From assembly GCA_017471025.1 (NCBI GenBank), contig JAFUWX010000045.1, positions 11,424-75,423 of the forward strand: DNA of 64,000 nt, written 5' to 3'. A program made the translations under genes and the position numbers. Shown here in pieces: positions 1 through 8,576 of the stretch. How positions within the stretch are numbered: position 1 is the stretch's first letter; every line of letters starts with the position of its first letter. Source of the DNA: Bacteroidales bacterium (GTDB lineage: Bacteria > Bacteroidota > Bacteroidia > Bacteroidales > UBA932). The notes under the pieces are model-generated. The model did not search any database and had not been told where the DNA came from. It saw nothing but the letters and a program-made list of their open reading frames with translations.

Positions 1-849
1 CTCCAGGGGCTCGGAGACCTTCGGCAGGCGCGCCTGCGCATCCAGGTAGGTGGCCACCTCGTAATTCAGGCAGCATTTGAGCTTGCCGCACTGCCCGGCC
101 AGCTTCTGGGGATTGAGCGACAAATCCTGCGCCCGGGCCGCAGCCGTGGTGATGGACTTGAAGTTCGTGATGTAATTGGCGCAGCACAGTTCACGGCCGC
201 ATACGCCCAGGCCGCCGATAAGGCCGGCTTCCTGCCGGGCGCCGATCTGCTTCATCTCGATGCGGATCCGGAATTCCTCGGCAAAGACCTTGATCAGCTG
301 GCGGAAGTCCACGCGGCCGTCGGCGATATAATAGAAAATGGCCTTGGTCCCGTCGCCCTGGAACTCCACGTCGCCGATTTTCATTTCCAGGCCGAGTTCC
401 GCCGCGATCTGCCGCGAACGGATCATCGTCTCCTGCTCCCGGGCAATGGCTTCCTGCCATTTCTCGATGTCGAAACTGCGGGCCTTGCGATAGATCCGCT
501 TCAGTCCGGCCGTCTGCGGGTCCACACCCTTGCAGCGCAGCTGCCGGGCCACAATCGGTCCCTCCAGCGTCACGATGCCCAGGTCATGCCCGCTCTGCGC
601 TTCCACGATGACCAGGTCGCCCATCTTGACGCTCTGGCCGGATTCGTTGCGGTAAAAGCCTTTGCGCGTATTCTTGAACCGCACCTCGAAAATGTCGGAA
701 AACTGCTCCTGCGACACGCCTTCGAGCCAGTCATAGTCTTCCAGCTTGCAGCAGCCCCGCCGATAGGTACACACCAGGTCACCTGCCTGCGAACGCGTCA
801 CCGTACATCCCCGGTTGCAGTCGAATTTAATATTTTCGTTCTCGTTCAT
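1..849 (-). CDS. ricT: RicT/YaaT (PSP1 domain) Fe-S protein, 3' end runs off the window
   Basis: Not in ORF track; manual translation from ATG at 849 gives EVRFKNTRKGFY, GDLVIVE, VDFRQLIK and GVCGRELCC...KLAGQCGKLKCCLNYE; lies downstream of holB as in many bacteria. Confidence 0.9.
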   Translation of the reverse strand, partial: MNENENIKFDCNRGCTVTRSQAGDLVCTYRRGCCKLEDYDWLEGVSQEQFSDIFEVRFKNTRKGFYRNESGQSVKMGDLVIVEAQSGHDLGIVTLEGPIVARQLRCKGVDPQTAGLKRIYRKARSFDIEKWQEAIAREQETMIRSRQIAAELGLEMKIGDVEFQGDGTKAIFYYIADGRVDFRQLIKVFAEEFRIRIEMKQIGARQEAGLIGGLGVCGRELCCANYITNFKSITTAAARAQDLSLNPQKLAGQCGKLKCCLNYEVATYLDAQARLPKVSEPLE

Positions 850-922
850 ATTTTGATGGGGAGCGTTTCCCGCTCCGTTTCCACCACCCGGGCCCTTCGG
901 CCAGGGGGTGTCGTTTCATTGT

Positions 923-2056
923 CTATATACTGACGAACAGCCGATCGACCAAATTGGTAAAGATGGCCTTCTGCAGGACATTCCTGTCCACCAGACCGGC
1001 CGCTTTCGCCAGGGCGTCCATCGCCTTTTGGCAGAAGACGGGATTCAACCGGGAGGCGGCCGCCACGATGAACTCCTCGTCTGCGGGAGGAATCCCGGCC
1101 ACGGCCTGCATACCCTGTTGCACCATGAAAATCTGCCGCAGGGCATTGCCCGCATAGGCGCAGAATGCCTTCTGTCTTTCGCGCGATTCGAGCGCCGCCA
1201 CGCCTTCTCCGGCTTCCAGGGCCCGCAGGAGGTCCCGGTTCATCAGCCGGGTCAGCATTTCTTGGAACAGGTCCCGCAGCGCCGCCGTTTCTTCCTGTTC
1301 GGAGAGCAGGTGCAGGGCCTTCCCGAGGCTTCCGCCTGAGAGGGTCGCCGCCATGGCGGCTTCCTGCGGGGATTTGCCGAAACGCCGGGTCAGCGCCTCC
1401 TGGATCTCTTCCCGGGAAAGGGGGAGGACCCGGATGGGCTGGCAGCGCGACGCGATGGTCTGCAGCACGCTTTCCGGAGCATGCGTAATCAGCAGGAACA
1501 GGGTCGCGTCCGCCGGCTCTTCTATGGCCTTCAGCAACATGTTCGCCGTCTGCTGGTTCATCCTTTCGGGCAGGTAGATGACCATGGCCCGGTAGCCTTC
1601 CGTCGCCGAAGCCAGCGACAGCTTCTGCAGGATGGCCTTCCCTTCCGCCACGGCGATCAGGCCCTGTTTCTTTTCAAAACCCATCGCCGCCTGGAATTCG
1701 CTTTCCAGGAAGAACGGGTTGTCCAGCACCAGTTCGCGCCAGGGCTGGGCGAAAAGGTCGCAGGTCAGGTCCTTGACGGCGCCGCTTACCTTGCTGCCGG
1801 AGGTCACCGGGAAGGTGAAACGGATGCCGGGATAGATGACTTTGGACACCTGGTTGCAGGAGACGCAGTGCCCGCAGGCGTCGCCCTCCTGCCGGTCCCG
1901 GCAGTTCAGGTATTGCAGGAACGCCAGCACCAGGGCCATCGCCCCGCAACCGTCGTTCTCGTGGAACAGCATCGCATGGGGGATACGGCCGCTGTCGGCC
2001 ATGCCGCGCAGCGCCCGGACCGCGTCCGTATTGCCGATGATGTCCGCAAATCTCAT
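923..2056 (-). CDS. holB: DNA polymerase III subunit delta'
   Basis: MRFADIIG start, RIPHAMLF, CGHCVSC zinc motif, ANMLLKAIEEP, TIASRCQ. Confidence 0.92.
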   Translation of the reverse strand: MRFADIIGNTDAVRALRGMADSGRIPHAMLFHENDGCGAMALVLAFLQYLNCRDRQEGDACGHCVSCNQVSKVIYPGIRFTFPVTSGSKVSGAVKDLTCDLFAQPWRELVLDNPFFLESEFQAAMGFEKKQGLIAVAEGKAILQKLSLASATEGYRAMVIYLPERMNQQTANMLLKAIEEPADATLFLLITHAPESVLQTIASRCQPIRVLPLSREEIQEALTRRFGKSPQEAAMAATLSGGSLGKALHLLSEQEETAALRDLFQEMLTRLMNRDLLRALEAGEGVAALESRERQKAFCAYAGNALRQIFMVQQGMQAVAGIPPADEEFIVAAASRLNPVFCQKAMDALAKAAGLVDRNVLQKAIFTNLVDRLFVSI

Positions 2057-3033
2057 AATTCCCGGTCCGCCACATAGGCCGCCAGGGTACGCAGGCCTTC
2101 CCGGGCCTCCCCTGACGGGAATTCACGCAGGGCGATACAGGCCCGCTCCACGTATTCACCCAACTTGCGCTGCGCGTAGGCGATGCCGCCGTTCTCCCGG
2201 ACATAGCGGACGATTTCCGCCTGGTACTCCGGATGTTGGTGGATCGCCGCAATCTGCTTGCGCACCGCCGCTTCCTGCTCCGGCGCCTGGGCGAATGCAC
2301 CCAGGAGCGGCAGGGTGATCTTCTGCTCCAACATATCCTGGCCTACGGGCTTTCCGATGTTCGCACCGTCCTGATAATCAAAGATATCGTCCTTGATCTG
2401 GAAGGCCGTACCGACTTGCTGGGCATAGGTGCACACGGCTTTTTTCCGGGCGGCGTCCGCCCCGACGGACAGCGCCGCCGTCATCGCCGTAGCCTCGAAG
2501 AGCGAAGCCGTCTTGCCGTAGATAATCCGCAGATAGTCCGTCTCCACCGTATCGCAGGAAGCCGCCTTCTGCAACTGGAGCATCTCCCCTTCCGCCAGGT
2601 CGGACAGCGTTTTGGCGAATATGCGGACGGCCGCTTCGGCATTGTTGCGCGCCTGGAGGATACGGGACACGGCCTTCACCAGCCAGAAATCCCCGAGCAG
2701 CACGCTCGCCCGCCCGCCCATGACGGCGCTGACGGTCGGCTTGCCCCGGCGCATCGGACTGGCATCCACGACATCGTCATGCAGCAGGGTGGCGTTGTGC
2801 ATCAGTTCCGCCGCCGCGGCGAAGCGCAGGGTGTCTTCCGTGACATGGCCGCCGCTGCAGGCTTTCGCCACCAGGATGGCCATCCGGGGGCGGATCATTT
2901 TGCCGCCGCCCTCCAGCAGGGTCCCGTTCGCCTGGTTCAGCAAGGCGATATCACTCGCCAGGGAGGCGCGGATCACTTCCCGAACCTGGTCCAGTTCGGT
3001 GTCTGTCAGACGGTGCAGCAGGGAAAGATCCAT
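2053..3033 (-). CDS. ispB: Long-chain polyprenyl diphosphate synthase
   Basis: GGKMIRP, LLHDDVVD...RRG, FQIKDDIFD motifs; 4-nt overlap with holB. Confidence 0.88.
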   Translation of the reverse strand: MDLSLLHRLTDTELDQVREVIRASLASDIALLNQANGTLLEGGGKMIRPRMAILVAKACSGGHVTEDTLRFAAAAELMHNATLLHDDVVDASPMRRGKPTVSAVMGGRASVLLGDFWLVKAVSRILQARNNAEAAVRIFAKTLSDLAEGEMLQLQKAASCDTVETDYLRIIYGKTASLFEATAMTAALSVGADAARKKAVCTYAQQVGTAFQIKDDIFDYQDGANIGKPVGQDMLEQKITLPLLGAFAQAPEQEAAVRKQIAAIHQHPEYQAEIVRYVRENGGIAYAQRKLGEYVERACIALREFPSGEAREGLRTLAAYVADREL

Positions 3034-3036
3034 CGC

Positions 3037-3741
3037 TTACAGGAAAAATATCGATACAGACATCACGAAGCCGTTGAAGTTGCGGCCCTTGTCATACAGA
3101 CCCTTCACGAGGGTGGCCATGTCGGCATTGCCGGCATTGCGCTCGTCGTAGAGGTTGCCGAAGTTCCAGAACCACTTGAAGCTCAGCTGCATCAGCCATA
3201 CTTCAGCGCCGAAGCCCACGCCCAGGCCATATTCCATCCTGCGGAGGGCGGACTGGTCGAAAGCCTTCACTTCCTGGTAGGGCGTATCCGCGTCGGTCTT
3301 GAAAAGCTTCTCGTCCACGTTGAGCGCATAGCCCGCGAAGGGCTCCAGGAAAAGGTAGGGGCGGAAGGCCAGCAGGTCGAGTCCGGCCTGCAACTGGGCA
3401 CCGGCTTCAAGGTAGCCGATCTTGCTGCGGAAAGCCTCGAAATTCAGACCCTTCTCGCTGTCCTGGATGGCGGCGATGGAAGAACCTTTCACATGCCAGG
3501 ACACCGTCGGCTGGATGGAGAAAGCCCCGCCGAGCGGGAACTGGGCGGTAAGGCCGGCATGGTAGAGCGGCATACGCTTGACGTCGAAGTCCAGCAGGTT
3601 GGTGGCGACGTCCTTCGTGCGCGCGGAGGTAAAACCGCCGAATGCGCCGAAGCGCACCTCGCCGATCGTCTGGGCGGATACGCCCGAAGCGGCAACCATC
3701 GCCAGGAGGGCAATGACTGCGGTGAGCAGGGTCTTTTTCAT
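3037..3741 (-). CDS. Small outer-membrane beta-barrel (porin-family) protein
   Basis: Signal peptide ending VSA-Q, amphipathic strands (FSIQPTVSW, YGLGVGFGAEVW), aromatic C-terminus. Confidence 0.75.
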   Translation of the reverse strand: MKKTLLTAVIALLAMVAASGVSAQTIGEVRFGAFGGFTSARTKDVATNLLDFDVKRMPLYHAGLTAQFPLGGAFSIQPTVSWHVKGSSIAAIQDSEKGLNFEAFRSKIGYLEAGAQLQAGLDLLAFRPYLFLEPFAGYALNVDEKLFKTDADTPYQEVKAFDQSALRRMEYGLGVGFGAEVWLMQLSFKWFWNFGNLYDERNAGNADMATLVKGLYDKGRNFNGFVMSVSIFFL

Positions 3742-3744
3742 GGT

Positions 3745-4059
3745 TTACAGCAGGTTGTTCAGTCTTTCCAGGATTTCGTCCTTGCTGACGACGCCGACCG
3801 TGCGGTCTTTCACCTCGCCGTCTTTGATGTACAGCAGGGTCGGGATGCTGCGGATACCGAACTGGGCGGCTATCTCGTCGCAGTCATCCACGTTGCATTT
3901 GACGACCTCGAACTTGTCGCCGTATGCTTCGGCGATATCGTCCACGGTCGGGGACAGCATCCGGCAGGGGCCGCACCAAACGGCCCAAAAGTCCACGAGC
4001 ACGGGCTTTCCGCCCGCGGTAATATCGCTGAAATTGTTGTTTGTTGCAATTTGTACCAT
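3745..4059 (-). CDS. trxA: Thioredoxin
   Basis: VLVDFWAVWCGPC, IRSIPTL; start moved to ATG 4059, just downstream of a -7 promoter element. Confidence 0.95.
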   Translation of the reverse strand: MVQIATNNNFSDITAGGKPVLVDFWAVWCGPCRMLSPTVDDIAEAYGDKFEVVKCNVDDCDEIAAQFGIRSIPTLLYIKDGEVKDRTVGVVSKDEILERLNNLL

Positions 4060-4075
4060 AGCTTTATTATGATTA

Positions 4076-4105
4076 TATCCGCAAAAATAACAATTTTTGC
4101 GGATA
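4076..4105. promoter_or_regulatory. 13-bp perfect inverted repeat overlapping the trxA -7 element
   Basis: tatccgcaaaaat-aaca-atttttgcggata; minus strand reads TATTTTTG at 4089-4082. Confidence 0.65.
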
Positions 4106-4132
4106 GTAACAATACCTCGGAAGGCAGTCGGA

Positions 4133-4426
4133 TCAGAGCGACTGCGCGATATTCCACACATAGGCCCGCAGGCCCAGTTTGGCATTCGCCGCATCTTTGC
4201 GCCGGAGCGCGTCCATCAGGGTATCCACCGCCTCGTCGGGGACCATCACCAGCAGGGCATGGTTCTGGGTCGGCCAGGCATGGTTGCCCAGGTGCGGCTC
4301 GCCGTCGTTGGTGCCGCGTCCGCCGATGTCCTCCCACTTGGTGTAGCCCCGCTGCCCGCAGGCATCCAGGACCTGGACGATCTCTTCGTTATACGCTTGG
4401 TTATACGCTATAAATATCGCTTTCAT
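4133..4426 (-). CDS. P-II-like transporter-associated protein (PG0541-like)
   Basis: 97 aa, GYTKWEDIGGRG...GEPHLGNHAWPTQN; last gene of the RND operon. Confidence 0.75.
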   Translation of the reverse strand: MKAIFIAYNQAYNEEIVQVLDACGQRGYTKWEDIGGRGTNDGEPHLGNHAWPTQNHALLVMVPDEAVDTLMDALRRKDAANAKLGLRAYVWNIAQSL

Positions 4427-4438
4427 ATACTTACGGGA

Positions 4439-7400
4439 TTAGGCTTTTGCGGCTTTCCGTTCCAGACGGCGCTGCCGGTGCTCGGTGAAACCGCAGTAGA
4501 TGGTCGGGATGAGGACCAGGGTGATCAGGGTGGAAATGGACAGACCCCAGCAGACCACCATACCCAGCGAACGCCACATTTCGGAACCTTCCCCAGTGCC
4601 CAGGGCCATCGGAAGCAGACCGAGGACCGTAGTCAGGGTGGTCATCAGAATCGGGCGCAGACGGCTGCGGGCGGCGGTCACGGAGGCCTCGCGCACGCTC
4701 ATGCCGCGCTCCTGGCACAGGATGGTGTAGTCGATGAGCACGATACCGTTCTTCACGACGATACCGACCAGGATGATGATACCCACCATACCCATCACGC
4801 CCAGGGCCGTATTCGTCGCCCAGAGACCGAGCAGCACGCCCACGGCGGCGAAGGGGATGGAGAACATGATGACGAACGGTCCCATGAAAGATTCGAACTG
4901 GGAGGCCATCACCATATACACCAGGATAATCATCAGGGCGATCAGCATGATCAGGTCGCCGAACATCTCCTGCTGGTCTTCATAGTCACCGGCGATGACC
5001 GGCGTGATTTCCTGCGGGATCTCGCTCTCGTCGATGATGCGGCGGGTGGCCTCCACGGCTTCGCTGAGGGCCTTTCCGGTCGCTACGATGCCCGTCACCT
5101 TGATCAGACGGTCGCGGTTCTTGCGCTCGATGGTCGGCGGGACCTTGGACTCGACCACGCTGCCGAGTTCCTTGATCCGGACACCCCGGCCGGTCGGGCT
5201 ATAGACCATGATATTCTCGATGTCTTCGATGCTCCGGCGGAATTCCGGGGCATAGCGCACGCGGATGTTGTACTCGTCGCCGTCCTCACGGAAGAAGGAG
5301 GTCACGGAACCGCTCATCGCCGCGCTCAGGGACGCGGCCGCCGTCGTGGAGCTGAGTCCGTTCAGGGCCAGCTTCTGGCGGTCGAAATCCACCTGATACT
5401 CAGGCGTATATTGGTCACGGCTGATCAGCACCTGCGTGAAGTTCGGGTCGTCGAACATCTTCTGCCGCAGGTCGGCCGCCACCGCTTCCGTCGTCTCGAA
5501 ATCATAGCCGTAGATCTCCAGCACGACGCTGGAGGCACCGCCCATGCCGCCGCCTTCCGACACATTGTATTTCTTCAGCTCGGGGAATTCCCGCAGGTCG
5601 GCACGGATGATGTCCGCGATCTCGAAAACGGAGCGCTCGCGCTCTTCCATACTGCCGATGTTGATGTTCATCGTGATCAGATAGGCGCCGTTGCTGCGCA
5701 TCGACGCGAAGGCATTGTCGCTGTCGGCCTGGCCGAAACGGTAGCTCATCACCTGGATTTCCGGGACGTCGGTCCGGATCCGCTCATAGATACGGGCGGC
5801 CACTTCCCGGGTGACATCCTGCGAGGTCCCGATTGGGAGCTCGATTGTCGCGGAAAGACGGCCCTGGTCCGCCCGGGGGAAGAATTCGGTCTTCAGCTTC
5901 GGGCCCAGCAGGACCACGACGGCGGCGAAAATCACCAGCGCCCCGGCCAGGATCAGCTTCTTGCGGGTCATGCACCAGGCGATCAGCTTCGAATAGCCGT
6001 TGGAGATGGCATTCAGGAAGCGGTTCACCGGGCCGAAGAAAATCTCATGCGCGCGGCTGACCTTGCGGTCGGCGCGGAGCATCTTCGAGCACATCATCGG
6101 CACCAGGGTCAGGGCGGCGGTCGTCGATACGATCATGATGATGCTCACGATCCAGCCGAGCTGCTTGAACAGGACGCCGGCCATGCCCTTGATCATCGTC
6201 AGCGGAAGGAACACGCAGAGCATCGTCAAGGTGGAAGCAATAACGGAAATACCCACCTCGGCGGTGCCATGGACGGCCGCCTCCTTGGGTTTCTCGCCCC
6301 GCTCGATATGGGACGTCACGTTCTCCAGCACCACGATGGCATCATCGACGACCATACCGATGGCGATGGACAGGGCCGACATCGAAACGATGTTCAGGGA
6401 GTTTCCGGTGGCGAACAGATACATCAGGGAGGCCAGCAGGGCGATCGGGATGCTGAGCACCACGATGATGGTACCGCGCCAGCGGCCCAGGAAGAGGAAC
6501 ACCACCAGCATAACCACCGCGAAGGTGATGAGGATGGTCTCGATCAGGGAGCGTATCGTATTGACGATGTTCTCGGAATTATCGACGACGGTGGTGAAGC
6601 GGATGTCGGAAGGAAGGGTCCGTTCGATGTTTTTCATGGCCTTCCGGACATTGCGGATGACCTGCACCGTATTGGAGCCGGCCTGCTTCTGGATGATGAT
6701 CTGGGCGCCGCGCACACCGTTGGTGAAGGACTCCTGGGACTTCTCTTCCAGGCCGTCATAGACACGGGCCACGTCGCGCAGATACACGACATTGCCACCG
6801 GAGTACCCGACGACCAGGTCGAGCAACTCCTGCGGGTCGGAGAATTCCTTCTTCACGCGCAGGGAGTAGGTCTCGGAACCGATATCGATGCTACCGCTGG
6901 GGACGTTGCGGTTCTCAGCGGCGATCACATTGGACAACGTGCTGATAGACAGCCCGTAAGCTTCGAGCTTGGTCGGGTCGCAGAAGACCTGGATCTCGCG
7001 CTTCGGCGCACCGGCCACGGAAATCGTACCGACGCCGCTGACGCGCGCAAGGGGCGTAGCCACCCGGTCGTCCAGGATCTTGTCCAGGGCGGAAACGCTC
7101 TGGTCCGCCGTCGCCGCCATGATCATGATCGGCATGTCGTCGGCGCTGAACTTGAAGATCATCGGCAGCGACGCGCCGTCCGGCAACTGGGAATTGACCA
7201 TGTCCAGCTTATCCCGGACATTGTTGGTCGCCTCCTCGATATCGATGCCGTACTGGAATTCCAGGGTCAGCACGCTGATGTTTTCCCGGGACTGGGAGCT
7301 CAGGTCCTTGAGGTCGCTGACACCGTTCAGCGCATTCTCAAGCACCTTGGTGAGGTTCGTCTCCACGTCCTCGGCACTGGCCCCCGGGTAGGAGGACATC

Positions 7401-7540
7401 ACCATGATGACATTCGACTCCATGTCGGGGAAGAAGTCAATCGGCAGCCGGGTCAGCGAGAAGACGCCCAGGATGGCGAAAGCCAGGAAGATCAGGAAGG
7501 TGGTGACCGGGTTGTTGACCGCAGTTCTGTAGATACTCAT
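4439..7540 (-). CDS. RND efflux permease (AcrB/HAE1 type)
   Basis: 1033 aa; YPGASAEDVE, GMVVDDAIVVLEN, GIVVKNGIVL, RLRPILMT proton-relay motifs. Confidence 0.95.
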   Translation of the reverse strand: MSIYRTAVNNPVTTFLIFLAFAILGVFSLTRLPIDFFPDMESNVIMVMSSYPGASAEDVETNLTKVLENALNGVSDLKDLSSQSRENISVLTLEFQYGIDIEEATNNVRDKLDMVNSQLPDGASLPMIFKFSADDMPIMIMAATADQSVSALDKILDDRVATPLARVSGVGTISVAGAPKREIQVFCDPTKLEAYGLSISTLSNVIAAENRNVPSGSIDIGSETYSLRVKKEFSDPQELLDLVVGYSGGNVVYLRDVARVYDGLEEKSQESFTNGVRGAQIIIQKQAGSNTVQVIRNVRKAMKNIERTLPSDIRFTTVVDNSENIVNTIRSLIETILITFAVVMLVVFLFLGRWRGTIIVVLSIPIALLASLMYLFATGNSLNIVSMSALSIAIGMVVDDAIVVLENVTSHIERGEKPKEAAVHGTAEVGISVIASTLTMLCVFLPLTMIKGMAGVLFKQLGWIVSIIMIVSTTAALTLVPMMCSKMLRADRKVSRAHEIFFGPVNRFLNAISNGYSKLIAWCMTRKKLILAGALVIFAAVVVLLGPKLKTEFFPRADQGRLSATIELPIGTSQDVTREVAARIYERIRTDVPEIQVMSYRFGQADSDNAFASMRSNGAYLITMNINIGSMEERERSVFEIADIIRADLREFPELKKYNVSEGGGMGGASSVVLEIYGYDFETTEAVAADLRQKMFDDPNFTQVLISRDQYTPEYQVDFDRQKLALNGLSSTTAAASLSAAMSGSVTSFFREDGDEYNIRVRYAPEFRRSIEDIENIMVYSPTGRGVRIKELGSVVESKVPPTIERKNRDRLIKVTGIVATGKALSEAVEATRRIIDESEIPQEITPVIAGDYEDQQEMFGDLIMLIALMIILVYMVMASQFESFMGPFVIMFSIPFAAVGVLLGLWATNTALGVMGMVGIIILVGIVVKNGIVLIDYTILCQERGMSVREASVTAARSRLRPILMTTLTTVLGLLPMALGTGEGSEMWRSLGMVVCWGLSISTLITLVLIPTIYCGFTEHRQRRLERKAAKA

Positions 7541-7542
7541 GG

Positions 7543-8574
7543 CTACTGGACCTCCACTTTAATGCCGTCACGCAGGTTCACCTGGCCCTTGGATACGACC
7601 ACCTGGCCGGGCTCGACGCCTTCCGTGATTTCATATTCGCGGCCGATGTGGCGGCCGAGGGTCACCGGTACATAGGACACGGTATTGTCTTCGTTGACGA
7701 TGTAGATGAAACGCTGGCCGGTACCTTCCTGCTTGACGATGGCCTGGTCGGGGACGACCACGCTCCGGTTGACGCCGAAGGTGACGGTCACGCGGGCGTA
7801 CATGCCCGGACGCAGCACCTTGTCGGCGTTGGTGACGATGACCTCTGCCTTGAAGGTATGGGTGGCGGCGTCGATGGTCGGATACAGGCGGTTGACCTTG
7901 CCGGTGAAGGTGCGTCCGGGAAGGGCGTCCACGGTCAGGGTGACGGCGTCACCTTTCTTGACCTTGGTGAATTCGCTTTCGGACACGCCGACCAGCAGCT
8001 TGACCGGATAGACCTGCTGCACCGTGAAGATCGGCATGCTCATCGTGTACATGTCGCCGGCATCGTAGTTGCGGGCGGTCACGAAGCCGGTGAGTGGCGA
8101 ACGTAAAATGGTGTTTTCCAACAGGTTCTGATAGGTGGTCCGGCGCACGGTATAGGCCAGTTCCAGGGCCTCCATATCGGACTGCGCCACGGCGCCCTGG
8201 GCGAAGAGCTGACGCGTACGGGTCAGTTCCGTGCTGTCGTTGATCAGCTGCATGCGCGTCTGTTCGAGCTGCAGGCGGTCCATCTCGGCGAGCACCTGTC
8301 CCTTCACCACATAATCGCCGACCTCCACATTGATCTTGCGGATACGGCCGGCCGTCTGGGAGACGATATTATTCACGGCAAATGCCTGAACGGTAGAAGA
8401 ATACATGCTTTCCTGGGGAACTTCCCGGGCCGTAGCGACGTAGGTCTCCACGATGGGAATCTTTTCCGCCTGGGGGATCTGCGCCGGCGCCTCGGCGGTC
8501 TTGCCGCCCCGGTTGCCGCAGGATACGATGGCGAGGGCTGCCAAGCCCATGAGCATCAGTTTGTTCGATTTCAT
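7543..8574 (-). CDS. RND periplasmic adaptor (MFP) lipoprotein
   Basis: Lipobox AIVSC, VEVGDYVVKGQVLA, LRPGMYARV. Confidence 0.93.
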   Translation of the reverse strand: MKSNKLMLMGLAALAIVSCGNRGGKTAEAPAQIPQAEKIPIVETYVATAREVPQESMYSSTVQAFAVNNIVSQTAGRIRKINVEVGDYVVKGQVLAEMDRLQLEQTRMQLINDSTELTRTRQLFAQGAVAQSDMEALELAYTVRRTTYQNLLENTILRSPLTGFVTARNYDAGDMYTMSMPIFTVQQVYPVKLLVGVSESEFTKVKKGDAVTLTVDALPGRTFTGKVNRLYPTIDAATHTFKAEVIVTNADKVLRPGMYARVTVTFGVNRSVVVPDQAIVKQEGTGQRFIYIVNEDNTVSYVPVTLGRHIGREYEITEGVEPGQVVVSKGQVNLRDGIKVEVQ

Positions 8575-8576
8575 AT

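Noticed and set aside
4097-7675. Very long antisense ORFs (1192 aa here; also 2233-4413, 20282-23920, 23968-26103, 28572-31214, 43364-45166, 47551-49647)
   Set aside because: They mirror well-supported genes on the opposite strand, have no recognisable motifs and are expected from high-GC codon bias
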